Below are positions 61,216-64,000 of a DNA stretch of 64,000 nt, one piece after another. The position numbers and the translations under genes are program-made. Position 1 is the stretch's first letter, and every line of letters starts with the position of its first letter. Source of the DNA: Lachnospiraceae bacterium UBA4631 (GTDB taxonomy: Bacteria > Bacillota > Clostridia > Lachnospirales > Lachnospiraceae); contig DHMX01000023.1 of the NCBI GenBank assembly GCA_002406015.1, positions 238,233-302,232 of the forward strand, given 5' to 3'. A model generated the notes under the pieces. The model ran no database searches and was not told the origin of the DNA. It saw only the letters and a program-made list of their open reading frames with translations.

Positions 61216-64000
61216 ATGAGTAAAAAGCTAGTGGATTTACAGGATTTTGTAAAAGAAATAGCAAGGCTTTACGGAGAGCGGGATGCATATCGTTATCTGG
61301 TTGATGATGTAGTTATGCATAAGACTTATCTGGAATTAAAGCGGGATGTGGTTGCGGCTGCGTCTTGGATGCATAAGCAGGGCTGGCAGCGGAAGCATAT
61401 CGGCATTCTGGGCGGTTCCAGTTATTCATGGATTGTAGCATTTCTGGGAATTGAAATCAGTGATAATATTGTAATTCCACTGGATAATATGTTGCCGAAG
61501 CAGGAATTGTCAGAGCTGTTTAAAATGGGAGATATTGAGGTATTGTTTATCTCAAAGGAATTTCAGCCGATGGCACAGTCTATATTAGAGGGGGATAATC
61601 CGATTACAACCGTAATCTGCTTTGAAGATGCCATCTGGAAAACCATGCTGCAGACCAGACCTGTAGAGCTTCCTTCTGTGAATCCGGAGGTTTGTTCGGA
61701 GATTTTGTTCACCTCCGGCACAACCGGCATCAGTAAGGGCGTAGAGCTTAGCCAGAAAAATATAGTAAGTAATATTAATGACATCCGCCGCATGGATTTT
61801 GCACAAAATGTAAAGGGCGACCCTATCGTAATGTCGGTATTGCCGATTTATCATACATTTGAATTGACAGTGGATAATCTTGGAGTCTTGTACTGCGGTG
61901 CAACCGTCTGTATCAATGACAAGCTGGAAAATATAGTGGCAAATATGCAGCGGTTTCGCCCGGCGGTCATTTTAATTGTGCCGACTATTGCAGAAGTATT
62001 TTATAAGAAAATTATGGAAAGCATGGAGAGCGGAAAAAATAAGCGAAAGGCAGCATTTGCAAAAAAATGTAACCGGACCTTGGGAAAAATGAAGATTGAT
62101 GCCAGACGTACCTTGTATAAGAGTGTACTGGCAAAGCTGGGCGGTAATCTGACGAATATCGTAGTAGGCGGTGCGGCATTAAGGCCGGAAATCGGAGAAG
62201 CGTTTGAAGAGTTTGGAATACATATGTATCAAGGCTACGGCTTAACTGAATGTGCACCTCTGGTAGCAGCAAACTATCCGGATAATAATAAATACGGCTC
62301 TGTAGGGCAGCCGGTATCCTATATGAAGGTAAAGATTGTAGACCAGGAAATTCTGGTAAAGGGTGACGGTGTTATGCGGGGCTACTACAAGAATCCGCAG
62401 GCAACCGCAGAGGCAATTCAGGATGGCTGGTTCCATACCGGTGATTTGGGGTATCAGGACGGAGATGGGTATCTCTATATAACCGGGCGTTCTAAGAACC
62501 TGATTATTCTGGATAACGGTAAGAATATATATCCGGAGGAATTAGAGGGCTATATCATGAAGGTTCCGGGTGTTAAGGATGTCATGGTATATGACGATAA
62601 CGGCAAAATCAGTGCCTTGGTGCTTCCGACACGTCCGGGAGACAATGCATTGGCAAAGGAAATTAAGCAGGGAATCCGAAAGATAAATGAAAATCTTCCG
62701 GCATACAAGAGAATTACCGGCTTGGATTACCGGGCACAGGAATTTCCAAAGACAACGACACTTAAGATTAAACGTGCCGAGGTCATGGAGTGGTTAAAGG
62801 AAAACCGCAAGAAAAAGGCGGTAGCCTATGTTGCTCCGGAGACTGCCGAACAGAAGCGGATTGTGCTTGCTTTCGAGCAGGCATTGGGAAAGCGGAATAT
62901 CGGAATCTGTGATGATTTCTTTGAATTGGGTGGTGACAGCCTTGCAGCACTGGAGGCAGCAACGGTTATCGGCATACAGGCACAGGATATTTATGAGCAT
63001 CCGACGGTGGAGCAGTTAGAGCAGGCAATGCTGATGTGCGAGCAGGCAGCGTCACAGGAGGAATATGTAGATGTAAATGCTCTGATTCGCAATAACAGTA
63101 ATTTGTTTTATCCGGTAGAGCCGGATTACATATTGCTGACAGGAGCAACCGGCTTCTTAGGAGCCCATGTGTTAAGGGAGCTGGAACGGCGGCAGTTAAA
63201 TGTAGTATGTCTGGTTCGAAATGAAGAACGCCTGCGTCCGGCATTAAAGAATTACTTCCCGAAGGAATACGAAGAATTTACATATAAGGTCATAAAGGGA
63301 GATATTGAAACCCCACATTTTGGATTGACCGAAGAAGAATATAACAAGTTAGCGTCCAGAGTTAATATGGTGATTCACACAGCGGCAAACGTGCATCATG
63401 CCGGACACTATGCGGATTTGGAGCGGACAAATGTAATCGGAACTCAGAATGTGATAGATTTCTGTAAGGATGCAGATGCGGTCTTGCAGTATACCTCTAC
63501 CGCCAGTGTAAATGGAGCCGGAACGGTTATGCAGAGCAATCCCGAAGCAACCTTTGATGAATTTAATCTGGACATTGGACAGAACTATATACAGAATGTA
63601 TACATTCATTCTAAGTTCAAAGCAGAGGAGCGTGTACTTCTGGCAAGGGCAGACGGTTTAAAAGCAAATATTTTCCGGATTGGAAATCTGACATGGAGAA
63701 TGAAGGACGGAAAATTCCAGAAAAATGCACAGGAAAACGGCTTTTTGCATCGCTGCAGAGGACTGTTCAAAATGGGTATGTACAGTCAGGAGTTAGCCGC
63801 TTATCCGATTGATTTTACGGCAGTAGACGAATGTGCGGATGCCTATGTACGGCTGGCAATGCATAATTATGTAAACAACATTTATAACCTATATAATCCG
63901 AATGTGGTATATCTTGAGAACCTGTGTAACAAGATGTGGATGAAGGTGAAGCGGGTGCCGAGAGAGGTATTTGAAAAGCATCTGAAGGAACGGATACAGG
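61216..64000 (+). CDS. NRPS-like A-T-R protein: acyl-AMP ligase domain, carrier (PCP/ACP) domain and thioester reductase domain; truncated by the window edge
   Basis: ILFTSGTTGISKGVELSQKN (A3), QGYGLTE, HTGDLGYQDGDGY; FFELGGDSLAALEA (phosphopantetheine Ser); LLTGATGFLGAHVLREL Rossmann fold and the later YIHSKFKAE (YxxxK) of TIGR01746-type reductases. It is not in the ORF track because no stop codon is reached. Confidence 0.85.
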   Translation, partial: MSKKLVDLQDFVKEIARLYGERDAYRYLVDDVVMHKTYLELKRDVVAAASWMHKQGWQRKHIGILGGSSYSWIVAFLGIEISDNIVIPLDNMLPKQELSELFKMGDIEVLFISKEFQPMAQSILEGDNPITTVICFEDAIWKTMLQTRPVELPSVNPEVCSEILFTSGTTGISKGVELSQKNIVSNINDIRRMDFAQNVKGDPIVMSVLPIYHTFELTVDNLGVLYCGATVCINDKLENIVANMQRFRPAVILIVPTIAEVFYKKIMESMESGKNKRKAAFAKKCNRTLGKMKIDARRTLYKSVLAKLGGNLTNIVVGGAALRPEIGEAFEEFGIHMYQGYGLTECAPLVAANYPDNNKYGSVGQPVSYMKVKIVDQEILVKGDGVMRGYYKNPQATAEAIQDGWFHTGDLGYQDGDGYLYITGRSKNLIILDNGKNIYPEELEGYIMKVPGVKDVMVYDDNGKISALVLPTRPGDNALAKEIKQGIRKINENLPAYKRITGLDYRAQEFPKTTTLKIKRAEVMEWLKENRKKKAVAYVAPETAEQKRIVLAFEQALGKRNIGICDDFFELGGDSLAALEAATVIGIQAQDIYEHPTVEQLEQAMLMCEQAASQEEYVDVNALIRNNSNLFYPVEPDYILLTGATGFLGAHVLRELERRQLNVVCLVRNEERLRPALKNYFPKEYEEFTYKVIKGDIETPHFGLTEEEYNKLASRVNMVIHTAANVHHAGHYADLERTNVIGTQNVIDFCKDADAVLQYTSTASVNGAGTVMQSNPEATFDEFNLDIGQNYIQNVYIHSKFKAEERVLLARADGLKANIFRIGNLTWRMKDGKFQKNAQENGFLHRCRGLFKMGMYSQELAAYPIDFTAVDECADAYVRLAMHNYVNNIYNLYNPNVVYLENLCNKMWMKVKRVPREVFEKHLKERIQ

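Overview
This 64-kb window looks like a chromosomal segment of a spore-forming Firmicute, probably Clostridia. That inference rests on spoIIID, an atpBEFHAGDC F1Fo operon, ilvE, azlCD, an Rrf2 regulator, MATE pumps and Gram-positive RBS/promoter/terminator architecture. All product calls come from motif recognition by eye on the supplied ORF translations; no searches were run.

The core genes are interrupted by several accessory patches:
- (a) 1-3.8 kb: a decayed defence-type patch with an HsdS fragment, an XRE-HTH gene, a YhcG/DUF1016 nuclease and a frameshifted unknown gene.
- (b) 7.4-10.6 kb: a LanC-like / SDR / CysK-like operon.
- (c) 25.1-26.9 kb: a 1.7-kb insertion carrying a DUF4143 AAA ATPase, flanked by a 32-bp duplication of the rlmI 3' end. 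Gene fragments follow it.
- (d) 34.1-45.5 kb: an AT-rich island that opens with a serine recombinase. It encodes two PlsC-type acyltransferases, a Zn-phospholipase-C-like protein and three tandem acyl-AMP ligase paralogs.
- (e) 45.7-52.4 kb: a translationally coupled three-gene MukFEB/JetABC-like SMC module with no JetD/MksG nuclease gene next to it.

The two strongest candidates for something new are (d) and (e). In (d), two of the three ligase paralogs carry long (CAGA)n tracts directly after the start codon. Both are currently out of frame, each one repeat unit away from ON, which fits slipped-strand phase variation.

Other notable items:
- an 11-nt x4 tandem repeat inside a Schlafen/AlbA_2-type gene
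- a ~96-nt terminator-containing repeat flanking one gene
- three homopolymer-associated gene disruptions within 2.5 kb
- a perfect consensus promoter driving about 430 nt with no long ORF, ending in a mini-ORF plus terminator
- an Amt-PII fusion gene
- a partial A-T-R (NRPS-like reductase) gene at the right edge

No rRNA, tRNA or CRISPR array was recognised by eye.
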